Shown piece after piece: positions 8,492 to 18,475 of a DNA stretch of 24,000 nucleotides. Made by a program: the position numbers and the translations under genes. The notes beneath the pieces were generated by a model. That model made no database searches and had not been told where the DNA came from. It worked only from the letters and a program-made list of their open reading frames with translations. Source of the stretch: a bacterium (GTDB lineage: Bacteria > Bacillota_I > Bacilli_A > Acholeplasmatales > Anaeroplasmataceae); contig JAWXUE010000005.1 of the NCBI GenBank assembly GCA_044432925.1, positions 23,984-47,983 of the forward strand. Reading direction: 5' to 3'. The first letter of the stretch is position 1. Each line of letters begins with the position of its first letter.

Positions 8492-10255
8492 ATGAAAGAA
8501 AAATTTATTGATAAGTTATATAAAAACTTAAATTTCCTAACAACTATCGAAATAAAAAAACAATTAGATAAATATTCTAATTTAATTGATGAGTTAGTAA
8601 GTACTGGTTTATCAGAGAAAAAAGCTATTAGTTCTTTAGGGAGTTTCAATAATATTATTAATGATATAAAAGAAGAATATGGTATTAATAAAGATGCTAA
8701 TATTAAAGAAGAAAGAGTTACAAAAGATAGTTTAAATTCAAGTGTTAACGATGAAGAAAAAGGCTCTAGTAAGCAATTATTTAAAATTATAGCTATAGTT
8801 GTAATCACCTTATCAAGTTTACTTTTTGGTGGTATGTTTATTTATTGTTTTGGATTTTTAACACTAACTTATACATTTATTGATCTAGCTACTATTATAC
8901 TTTTATTTGGATTAATAATATTATTTTTAGGTTTACTTTTAACATCAGTCTTTGGTACATATTATTTATTTTCTTATTTTTATAAATCTAAAAAAACTGC
9001 GATAAAAGGAATTTTAATTGTTTCTTCTTGTATACTATCACTTGGATTAATGGTAATATTTATATCGTTTAGTAGTGTAGATTTTGATGGAAACAACTTA
9101 TTTAATTATGGTAAATATACTAAAGAAGTTAAACAATTCAGTTTAGAGGATGATTTGTATTTTATTGATTGTACAGATATTGAATTCAATGTAGTATTAG
9201 GAGATTACCAAGACCCTTATATTATTGTATATTCAAATGATAAAGTTTCTTTTGATATAAGTGTAGATAATAATGTTGAAATTAAACAAAATGGTGTAAT
9301 CCCTCAATACTTAAATTTCCCTAAAATGAAAATAGAAGTGTATTATCATGAGGGATATACAAACTTTAGTACATTTAATTTTAATTCAGAAGAAGTTAAT
9401 GCTGTTTTTGATAATTATTCTGATATCAAAAATATTAATGTAGATGCTTATAAGTCAAATATCATGATGATGTCTACAATATTAACAGGTGATATTGATA
9501 TAAAAGCTAACAATTCTGAAATTTTATTTTACGAATCTATTATTGAGAATGTTAATATATACTCAGAATATTCAGGGTTGTATTTAAATAGTACTTTACC
9601 AGAAAGTATCAATGTTAATTCTTTTGAAAGTTTTTATAGTTTTAAATATGTAAATTTAGGTGATGACTTTATTTTGAATTCAACAAAAGCTACTATTTTA
9701 TTAGAAGGTGTATCTTCTAATTCAAAAGTTATTTTTGATGTAGATGTACTAAGTGCTACTTTTGATAAAACAGCAATAGATGATGTTTTAATTAATTCAA
9801 ACGAAGCTCATATAACTATAAGTGGAGCATCATCAGATGGATTATTTGAGTTTAATTGTTTAAAATTAAATTTATTTGTAGAAAGTTCAATATTAAATAA
9901 TATAAATAGTGAATCACAAAATGCAACTATACAAATGGATGAATTAATGTCTATTAATGATGACAGTGTAATTAATATTGAAAGTACTTATTTAGAATAT
10001 AGATTATTAAAATCTCAAACTAATGATTTAATTATAAAGTCTACACAATGTGATATATCTTTTAATGAATCTCAAATGAAGAATACTTTACTAGATGTTA
10101 ACACTGGTACTATATTAGGAGAATTAACTTTTGGTTTTGAATCATATAAATTCAATATTAACACTACTGGTATATCAAATGTAGAAACTGGTGGTAGTGG
10201 AGAAAATATTTTCACAGTTATCTCAGGTGATGTAGATATTTATTTAACAGCGTAA
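8492..10255 (+). CDS. Membrane protein with a DUF1700-like N-terminal helical domain, 3-4 TM segments and a DUF4097-like repetitive beta-rich C-terminal domain
   Basis: The N-terminus MKEKFIDKLYKNLNFLTTIEIKKQLDKYSNLIDELVSTGLSEKKAISSLGSFNNIINDI fits the DUF1700 pattern (F..L...L.....E....L..Y......G.SE..AI..LGS...I). A hydrophobic block spans about residues 100-200. The C-terminal ~390 aa have ~20-25 aa periodic segments (NVNIYSEYSGLYLNS, LFEFNCLKLNLFVES, LIIKSTQCDISFNES). RBS AAGGTGG lies 8 nt before ATG 8492. Confidence 0.6.
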   Translation: MKEKFIDKLYKNLNFLTTIEIKKQLDKYSNLIDELVSTGLSEKKAISSLGSFNNIINDIKEEYGINKDANIKEERVTKDSLNSSVNDEEKGSSKQLFKIIAIVVITLSSLLFGGMFIYCFGFLTLTYTFIDLATIILLFGLIILFLGLLLTSVFGTYYLFSYFYKSKKTAIKGILIVSSCILSLGLMVIFISFSSVDFDGNNLFNYGKYTKEVKQFSLEDDLYFIDCTDIEFNVVLGDYQDPYIIVYSNDKVSFDISVDNNVEIKQNGVIPQYLNFPKMKIEVYYHEGYTNFSTFNFNSEEVNAVFDNYSDIKNINVDAYKSNIMMMSTILTGDIDIKANNSEILFYESIIENVNIYSEYSGLYLNSTLPESINVNSFESFYSFKYVNLGDDFILNSTKATILLEGVSSNSKVIFDVDVLSATFDKTAIDDVLINSNEAHITISGASSDGLFEFNCLKLNLFVESSILNNINSESQNATIQMDELMSINDDSVINIESTYLEYRLLKSQTNDLIIKSTQCDISFNESQMKNTLLDVNTGTILGELTFGFESYKFNINTTGISNVETGGSGENIFTVISGDVDIYLTA

Positions 10256-10264
10256 TATTTAAAA

Positions 10265-10291
10265 CGAGTGTACTTGTACACTTGTTTTTTT
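10265..10291 (+). terminator. Rho-independent terminator after the membrane-protein gene
   Basis: CGAGTGTAC / GTACACTTG inverted repeat followed by a T7 run. Confidence 0.65.
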
Positions 10292-10517
10292 ATATTCGTT
10301 TGTGCAAAATTTATCATTTTTTAGTTTGAAATTTTTATAGAAATTAAAACAATTTTTTTAAGAAAATTGTAGTATTATATTTTCAAATTAAAATAATAAA
10401 AATAACAATCAAAAACAAATGAATATGTTTAATACATTATGATACTAATAGTATTATAATATTATTAAATATATAAAATAACTACAAAATATAGTATAAT
10501 GAAAAAGGTGATGAAAA

Positions 10518-11375
10518 ATGATGACATATGAAGAATTAAAAAGCAAATATGAAAGACTAGCAGAAGAATGTAATAAAGAGGCGAGTGCGATTTTTTTCTA
10601 CTTATTACATATAAGTGGGAAGTCTCAAACAGAACTTTACTTAAATTTTAGAGATAAAGTAGAAGAAGATATATTAAATAAATTTGAAAATGGTATAAAA
10701 GATTATTTATATAATAATAAACCTATTCAATATTTAATTGGATTCCAACCTTTTTTTGGACATGATTTTATTTGTAATGAACAAGTATTAATACCTAGAT
10801 TTGAAACAGAAGAATTAGTAGAAAATATTTTATATTATTATGATAAATATTTTGAAAATCAAAAGGTTGAAGTATGCGATATCGGAACAGGTAGTGGTTG
10901 TGTTGGTATTTCTTTAGCGTTAGAAGAATTAAATATGAATTTATCAATAACAGATATCTCACAAGAAGCTTTAGATGTAGCAAAACAAAATGCACAAAAT
11001 TTAGGAGCTAAAGTAAGAATATTACAAGGTGATATGGTTAAACCGTTAGTAGGAACTAAATTTGATATTATAGTTTCTAACCCTCCTTATATTCCTGATG
11101 AAGAATTTGTTGAGGATTTAGTTGTTAAAAACGAACCAAATGTAGCATTGTTTGGTGGGGCGGATGGATTAGATTTTTATAGAATTATAGTAGAAGATGC
11201 AAAGTTAATTGCTAAAGATAAATTTATGTTTGCATTTGAACATTCATATATGCAAAATAAAGAAATGAAAGATATAATACTAGCTAAATACCCTAAAGCT
11301 AAAATAGAACAAGTAAAAGATTTACAAGGTAAAGATAGAATGACTTTTGCATTTATAGGTGATTTTAATGAATAA
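10518..11375 (+). CDS. prmC: Release-factor glutamine N5-methyltransferase (HemK/PrmC)
   Basis: SAM-binding motif VCDIGTGSGCVGISLA and catalytic NPPY (IIVSNPPYIP). This is the usual functional partner of prfA. Confidence 0.9.
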   Translation: MMTYEELKSKYERLAEECNKEASAIFFYLLHISGKSQTELYLNFRDKVEEDILNKFENGIKDYLYNNKPIQYLIGFQPFFGHDFICNEQVLIPRFETEELVENILYYYDKYFENQKVEVCDIGTGSGCVGISLALEELNMNLSITDISQEALDVAKQNAQNLGAKVRILQGDMVKPLVGTKFDIIVSNPPYIPDEEFVEDLVVKNEPNVALFGGADGLDFYRIIVEDAKLIAKDKFMFAFEHSYMQNKEMKDIILAKYPKAKIEQVKDLQGKDRMTFAFIGDFNE

Positions 11376-11916
11376 CATTTTAATTTTCCCTACAGATACA
11401 GTTTATGGAATGGGTGCTTCAATAACTGATATTGCTTCATTAAAAGATATCTTTGTTATTAAAAATAGAGAACTAAATAAAAGGTTAGCTGTCTTATGTT
11501 ATGATTTAGAACAAATTAAACAAATTGCATATGTTACAGATGATGCTATTAAATTAATAAATAAGTATTTACCAGGTGGATTAAGTATTATATTAAAAAC
11601 AAAAGAAAGTTATATAAGTGAATTAATTGGTGATACAATTGCAGTAAGAATACCTAATCATGAATTAGCATTAAGTTTATTAAAAGAAATTGGTCCTATG
11701 GCAACTACAAGTGTGAATGTGTCATCAGAACCTCCGATTAATGATTATAATGAAATAAAAAAAATATATGATGGTAAAGTAAAGAAGATATATAATAACG
11801 ATAAAGACTTAGATGGAGTTTCTAGTACAGTTATTAATTTAACTACAAAAGAAGTTACTTTAATAAGAGAAGGAAATATATCTTTTGAAGAAATTTTAAA
11901 AACAATGAATAATTAG
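11368..11916 (+). CDS. tsaC: L-threonylcarbamoyladenylate synthase, short YrdC/TsaC type (no Sua5 C-terminal domain)
   Basis: IFPTDTVYGMGA, IKNRELNKRLAVL, VRIPNH and TTSVNVS match YrdC-family motifs. ATG 11368 lies 5 nt after AGGTGA and overlaps the prmC stop. Confidence 0.8.
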   Translation: MNNILIFPTDTVYGMGASITDIASLKDIFVIKNRELNKRLAVLCYDLEQIKQIAYVTDDAIKLINKYLPGGLSIILKTKESYISELIGDTIAVRIPNHELALSLLKEIGPMATTSVNVSSEPPINDYNEIKKIYDGKVKKIYNNDKDLDGVSSTVINLTTKEVTLIREGNISFEEILKTMNN

Positions 11917-11951
11917 TAAAAATTGGAAAATACTATTTACAGGTGATGATT

Positions 11952-12416
11952 ATGAAGAAAGTAATAATCGTGATTTGTTTAATAGTATTTTTTTATTTAT
12001 TTCTAAATAAAGATGAAGAGCAAATAAGAATACGTGTTATAGCAAATTCTGATGATAGTGTTGATCAAGAAATTAAAGGACAAGTAGTAAAATATTTATA
12101 TAGTAATTATAATTTAGATTTTTCTAGCATAGAAGAATGTGATATTTATTTAATTAATAATATAGATGCAATAAAAGAAGATTTAGTTAATGAATTTAAA
12201 GATATTAAAGTAACTTATGAAAATCATAATTTCTATAATAAAACATATAATAATATAGTGAGTAAAAATGAAAATTACAAAACATTATTAATTGAAATTA
12301 GGGAAGCTAAGGGTGAAAACTTTTGGGGAGTATTATATTCTAATGAATTTATTGAGAATGAAAATACAATTAAATACAATTCGTACATAATACAATTATT
12401 TAAGAAAGGTGAATAA
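11952..12416 (+). CDS. spoIIR: Stage II sporulation protein R-like signalling protein
   Basis: An N-terminal signal/TM segment is followed by the SpoIIR family signature IRIRVIANSDDSVDQEIKGQV (compare IRLRILANSDS.QDQ) and a C-terminal GENFWGVLY block. Its position next to tsaC (ywlC) matches B. subtilis synteny. Confidence 0.7.
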   Translation: MKKVIIVICLIVFFYLFLNKDEEQIRIRVIANSDDSVDQEIKGQVVKYLYSNYNLDFSSIEECDIYLINNIDAIKEDLVNEFKDIKVTYENHNFYNKTYNNIVSKNENYKTLLIEIREAKGENFWGVLYSNEFIENENTIKYNSYIIQLFKKGE

Positions 12417-12418
12417 AA

Positions 12419-12847
12419 ATGTTTGAAATAAAAAAAGTAACAGAAGAAAATTATGGCTTAGCAATGAAGTTTCTTCAAAATGTTCCATCTATAAAAGATA
12501 TAGATGAAGAGGTGTTATACAACGCTAGTTTATTATATGATGACACTGAAATATCAGGAGCAGTAGCGTTTGAAAAATTTCATTCGTATGCTTTAGTTAG
12601 ATATTTTATATTTAAAAGACATATCGAAGCAGAAGTAATTAAAGAGTTATTTTTATCATTAGAAGATAGTGCTAAAGAATGTAATATGAAATTTATTTTT
12701 TCAGTTGTTACAACAGATGACATAGAATCTTTATTTAAAGAATTATCTTTCAAAGAAATAGATAAAGAAAAAGTGTTTATTGATGAAGAAAATTTTTTAA
12801 AATCAAAATTTAAAGATACTAAAATGATGATTAAAGAACTTGTTTGA
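12419..12847 (+). CDS. Small hypothetical protein, possibly a degenerate GNAT-like fold
   Basis: 142-aa ORF tightly packed after spoIIR (2-nt gap). The beta-alpha pattern ISGAVAFEKFHSYALVRYFIFKRHIEAEV...FKELSFKEI resembles a GNAT core but lacks the R/Q-x-x-G-x-G/A acetyl-CoA motif. Function unknown. Confidence 0.5.
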   Translation: MFEIKKVTEENYGLAMKFLQNVPSIKDIDEEVLYNASLLYDDTEISGAVAFEKFHSYALVRYFIFKRHIEAEVIKELFLSLEDSAKECNMKFIFSVVTTDDIESLFKELSFKEIDKEKVFIDEENFLKSKFKDTKMMIKELV

Positions 12848-12875
12848 TTTTTAATATGTAAATGATTTCATAATA

Positions 12876-12904
12876 TTGACTACTTATCACAAAAATGATA
12901 ATAT
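12876..12904 (+). promoter_or_regulatory. Strong sigma-A-type promoter driving the structured RNA
   Basis: TTGACT (12876-12881), 17-nt spacer, extended -10 TGaTAATAT (12896-12904). Confidence 0.6.
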
Positions 12905-12907
12905 ATA

Positions 12908-12992
12908 GAAAAAGGGAGTAGCTCCACGTCAAAGTGGTCTATGTCGTCATCACGGTTCCGACCCGGCATATACTTAATGTAGCAAGACTTTT
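12908..12992 (+). promoter_or_regulatory. Candidate yybP-ykoY family (Mn2+) riboswitch aptamer
   Basis: A GC-rich island in AT-rich spacer. The 5' end AAAGGGAGUAGC and 3' end GCAAGACUUUU resemble the conserved termini of the family. It folds as a four-way junction: P1 12910-12914/12988-12992, P2 12924-12927/12934-12937, P3 leg 12940-12946/12964-12970 with the internal loop UCAUCAC, P4 12971-12973/12979-12981. Recognised from memory of the consensus, not from a covariance-model search. Confidence 0.55.
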
Positions 12993-13022
12993 ATTGTAAA
13001 TGTACAATAAAGGTCTTTTTTT
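12985..13022 (+). terminator. Strong intrinsic terminator (expression platform of the candidate riboswitch)
   Basis: 14-bp stem AGACTTTTATTGTA / TACAATAAAGGTCT with loop AATG, then a T7 run. The left arm contains the P1 3' strand (12988-12992), so the aptamer P1 and the terminator are mutually exclusive. Confidence 0.8.
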
Positions 13023-13125
13023 GTACATTAAGAAAGGAATGATGTTATGAATTAAATAGTTTTTTGATTTTTTGTTGTATTAAAGTAATATTAGATAATA
13101 CTATATTAGAATAGATAAAATATTC

Positions 13126-13154
13126 TTTAATTTCTATAGAAAATATGCTATAAT
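13126..13154 (+). promoter_or_regulatory. Candidate extended -10 promoter for rpiB-upp-atp
   Basis: TGcTATAAT at 13146-13154. The -35 (TTTAAT) is weak. It is followed by a small stem TTTGAG / CTCAAA (13159-13164 / 13175-13180). Confidence 0.4.
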
Positions 13155-13217
13155 ATCTTTTGAGGAAATTTGTTCTCAAAGTAGAAATTACTTTAGTAAA
13201 TAAAGGAAGGAGAAACT

Positions 13218-13667
13218 ATGAAAATATCAATTGCTTCAGATCACGGTGGATTAGATTTAAAAAATGAAATTATTCAATATTTTAATCAAAATGGTATAGA
13301 ATATATCAATTTTGGTACAGATACGTATGATTCATGTGATTATCCAGACTTTGCTTATAAAGCAGCATTAGCTGTAAAAAACAAAGAATGTGATTACGGA
13401 ATAGTAGTATGTACAACAGGTATTGGAGTTAGTATTGTGGCTAATAAAGTTAGTACAATTAGATGTGCATTAGTAACTAACATAATGCAAGCATCTTTAA
13501 CAAAAGAACATAACAATTCTAATATGTTAGCTTTAGGTGCAAAACTTACTAATAAAGAAGAATCATTAAATATAATTCAAACGTGGCTTAATTCAAAATT
13601 TGAAGGTGGAAGACACCAAAATAGAGTTAGTAAAATAACAGAAATTGAGGACTTAGAAAATGAGTAA
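13218..13667 (+). CDS. rpiB: Ribose-5-phosphate isomerase B (RpiB/LacAB family)
   Basis: [11 protein letters not shown]...L; the sequence [13 protein letters not shown] and the C-terminal [10 protein letters not shown] match RpiB. RBS AAGGAGA. Confidence 0.9.
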   Translation: MKISIASDHGGLDLKNEIIQYFNQNGIEYINFGTDTYDSCDYPDFAYKAALAVKNKECDYGIVVCTTGIGVSIVANKVSTIRCALVTNIMQASLTKEHNNSNMLALGAKLTNKEESLNIIQTWLNSKFEGGRHQNRVSKITEIEDLENE

Positions 13668-14286
13668 GTTAATAGTTGTAGAACATCCTTTAATATTACA
13701 CAAGTTATCAAAAATAAGAGATGAAAATACTAAGACTAAAGAATTTAGAGAATTAGTAAACGAAATCGGAAGTTTAATGACTTATGAAATGGGAAGAAAC
13801 TTAAAAGTAAAAGAAGTAACGATTAAAACACCTATTTGTGATGCTAAATGTCATGTATTAGATAAGCAAGTAGTTTTAGTACCTATCCTAAGAGCAGGTT
13901 TAGGAATGGTTGAGGGTGTATCTTCAATGATTCCATCAGCTGTAGTAGGACATGTTGGGTTATACAGAGATGAAGAAACTTTAGAACCTAAAGAATATTA
14001 TTCAAAGTTCCCAGCGAATATGGATAAATCAACTGTAATAGTTTTAGATCCTATGTTAGCAACAGGAGGAAGTGCTGCTGCTGCAATAGATATGGTTAAA
14101 AAAACTGGAGCAACAGATATCTTATTTATTGGTTTAGTTGGAGCTCCTGAGGGAGTTAAATTCTTACAAGATAAACATCCTGATGTAAATATTTATTTAG
14201 CATCATTAGATGAAAAATTAAATGAGAATGGTTATATTGTACCTGGTCTTGGTGACTGCGGTGATAGATTATTCGGGACTAAGTAA
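13660..14286 (+). CDS. upp: Uracil phosphoribosyltransferase
   Basis: [27 protein letters not shown], the PRPP loop [12 protein letters not shown] and the C-terminus [17 protein letters not shown]. The start overlaps the rpiB stop by 8 nt. Confidence 0.95.
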   Translation: MSKLIVVEHPLILHKLSKIRDENTKTKEFRELVNEIGSLMTYEMGRNLKVKEVTIKTPICDAKCHVLDKQVVLVPILRAGLGMVEGVSSMIPSAVVGHVGLYRDEETLEPKEYYSKFPANMDKSTVIVLDPMLATGGSAAAAIDMVKKTGATDILFIGLVGAPEGVKFLQDKHPDVNIYLASLDEKLNENGYIVPGLGDCGDRLFGTK

Positions 14287-14507
14287 TGGTAAAAGGTGCA
14301 AAAATATATACAATTGTAACACAATGCTTTATTCAAATGTTTGTGTTAATGTTTCTAGGTTATAAAATAGGTGCTGATTGGTTAATTAAAGATGCTAATT
14401 GGGGTGCTATATTATGTGTACTAGGTGCAATAATAGGTTTGATTAATCTAGTTGTTACAATTATGAAAGCAGGTGATATATTTGACAAACGAAAAGATAT
14501 TCAGTGA
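14286..14507 (+). CDS. atpZ: AtpZ-like small membrane protein (ATPase_gene1 family)
   Basis: 73 aa with two TM helices (FIQMFVLMFLGYKIG... and WGAILCVLGAIIGLINLVV), located immediately upstream of atpI. The ATG overlaps the upp stop (TAATG). Confidence 0.6.
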   Translation: MVKGAKIYTIVTQCFIQMFVLMFLGYKIGADWLIKDANWGAILCVLGAIIGLINLVVTIMKAGDIFDKRKDIQ

Positions 14508-14901
14508 TGTAAAAAATTTTGCTCATATCTTTTTACCAATAAATTGGTTAATTTGTTTTGTGATATCACTAATATTATTTATAATAAGTAAAGAAATTGC
14601 TTTTGGATATATACTAGGTGCTCTAACATCGTTTTTAACCTTTGGGTTATTAATGAAAAATACTCAAAGTAGTTTGTTACCTGAGAAAAAATCAGTTGTA
14701 ACAAAAATACTAGGTGGTTATGTTACTAGGATGATAATATCTGGTGCAATATTAGTAGTAGCGTTTTACGATGCAAGATTTAATTTCTATTCTACAATAG
14801 CTGGATTAACAGTATTGAAAATAGTATTAGTAATATTTGTATTAGTAAGATATAAATTTTTTAAAGATAAGGAGGAGATTATAGATGACTCTGCAGTTTA
14901 A
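14473..14901 (+). CDS. atpI: ATP synthase protein I
   Basis: Polytopic small membrane protein directly preceding atpB. The start is uncertain: GTG 14473, or TTG 14482 which lies 5 nt after AGGTGA. Confidence 0.65.
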   Translation: MIYLTNEKIFSDVKNFAHIFLPINWLICFVISLILFIISKEIAFGYILGALTSFLTFGLLMKNTQSSLLPEKKSVVTKILGGYVTRMIISGAILVVAFYDARFNFYSTIAGLTVLKIVLVIFVLVRYKFFKDKEEIIDDSAV

Positions 14902-15562
14902 CGATCAAATGTTTTCAACTATCATCATCACAACATTCTTAATTATATTATGTATAGTTGTTGGGAAGAAAGTTGAGAAGTTAGATCCTTTAGGTAAAAC
15001 ACCTTTATGGTTAGTACCTTTTATAGCATTAGTTAGTTTAATTAACAATTTTACAAAAGAAAATCTAGGAAAGAAATATAAGTTGTATGCACCTTATATA
15101 GTAACACTATCGTTATTCATGTTCTTCTCAAATATTTCTGCCGTATTCTTGTTAACATCACCTACAAGTTATTTAATGGTGAATTTAGCACTAGCATTAA
15201 TATCATTCTTTATCATTCAAATTACAGGTATAACATCTTTAGGGATTAAAGAATATTTAAATGGGTTTGTAGGACCTATTAAACCATTCGCACCTTTAAT
15301 GATTCCAATTAATATAATTGGAGAATTAGCATTACCGGTTTCACTCTCACTTCGTTTATTAGGAAATATCCTAAGTGGAGCAGTGTTATCAAAACTTGTC
15401 ATGGGAGCAACAAAGTGGTGGGGAATATTCCTTATGCCAGGTATGAATGCAATCTTTGACATATTATTTGGAACAATCCAAGTAATTGTATTCGTTCTTT
15501 TAACAGTAATCTTTACATCGATGAAGATTTCTGATGAAGATAAAAATTTAGAAAATATATAA
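14885..15562 (+). CDS. atpB: F0F1 ATP synthase subunit a
   Basis: Contains the conserved stator arginine region LSLRLLGNILSG and a polytopic membrane profile. RBS AAGGAGGAG. Confidence 0.95.
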   Translation: MTLQFNDQMFSTIIITTFLIILCIVVGKKVEKLDPLGKTPLWLVPFIALVSLINNFTKENLGKKYKLYAPYIVTLSLFMFFSNISAVFLLTSPTSYLMVNLALALISFFIIQITGITSLGIKEYLNGFVGPIKPFAPLMIPINIIGELALPVSLSLRLLGNILSGAVLSKLVMGATKWWGIFLMPGMNAIFDILFGTIQVIVFVLLTVIFTSMKISDEDKNLENI

Positions 15563-15572
15563 TAAAAAATAG

Positions 15573-15866
<294 letters not shown>

Positions 15867-15886
15867 TTTAAAAATAGGAGACATTT

Positions 15887-16437
15887 ATGGAAAAATTATT
15901 AGAAGGTATCGCCGAGTTTGTAAATAAATGTCTAGGTCCTCTTGGAGCGGATGATTTTACCCCTGATGCAATAAGAGATTTAATTATTCAATTATTTGCT
16001 ACATTAATCTTATTCTTAGTAGTAAAAAAATTCTTTTGGTCTAAAATAACTAATTTATTAGAAGCTAGAAGAGATGCTATTGATGAAGAATTAACTAAAG
16101 CTCAAGAAGCAAATGCTAAAGCAGCTTTATTACAAGAAAAATTAGATGGTGAATATGAAAAATCTAAATTAGAAATTCAAACTTTAATTGCTAATGCAGT
16201 TAAAGAAGGAAATGTATTAAAAGATGAAATAGTTACTGAAGCTAAAAAAGAAGCAGAATTAAGATTAGCTAATGCAACTAAAGATATCGAATATGAAATT
16301 AAGAAACAGCAAAATAACATTAAAGAAGAAATTATTTCAATTGCTTTTGCTGCAGCAGAAAAAATTGTTGCTAAAGAAGTAGATCAAAAGAAACATCTTA
16401 AAGTTGTTACTGACTTAATTGAAAGTGGGCTTGGAAA

Positions 16438-16441
<4 letters not shown>
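15887..16441 (+). CDS. atpF: F0F1 ATP synthase subunit b
   Basis: An N-terminal TM segment followed by a long charged coiled-coil (EEAR/KAE-rich). Operon position between atpE and atpH. Confidence 0.9.
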
Positions 16442-18467
<2,026 letters not shown>

Positions 18468-18475
18468 GTGATAAA

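Noticed and set aside
8488-8808. 106-aa minus-strand ORF antisense to the membrane-protein gene
   Set aside because: It is a typical AT-rich antisense artefact, with no RBS and a hydrophobic or low-complexity translation that mirrors the sense-strand codons.
11905-11951. Sigma-F promoter upstream of spoIIR (GGAAAATACTA as a -10 element)
   Set aside because: It does not fit the GGnnAnAnT register, and no GTATA/GCATA-like -35 lies at the right spacing, so it is not reported as a feature.
12908-12992. Alternative identities for the GC-rich RNA island: SRP/4.5S RNA, a tRNA-like or tRNA fragment, a THF riboswitch, ykkC/guanidine classes, or a 13-codon micro-ORF (ATGTCGTCATCACGG...TAG)
   Set aside because: There is no GGAA tetraloop or AGCAGC SRP domain-IV motif on either strand. 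The GGTTCCGACC segment gives only a 3-bp T-arm-like stem and there is no acceptor pairing. GAGUAG and AUGUCGUCA resemble parts of a THF-I aptamer, but the required P1 and pseudoknot partners are missing. The conserved ykkC blocks are absent. The micro-ORF has no credible RBS. The yybP-ykoY layout explains both termini and all the helices better.
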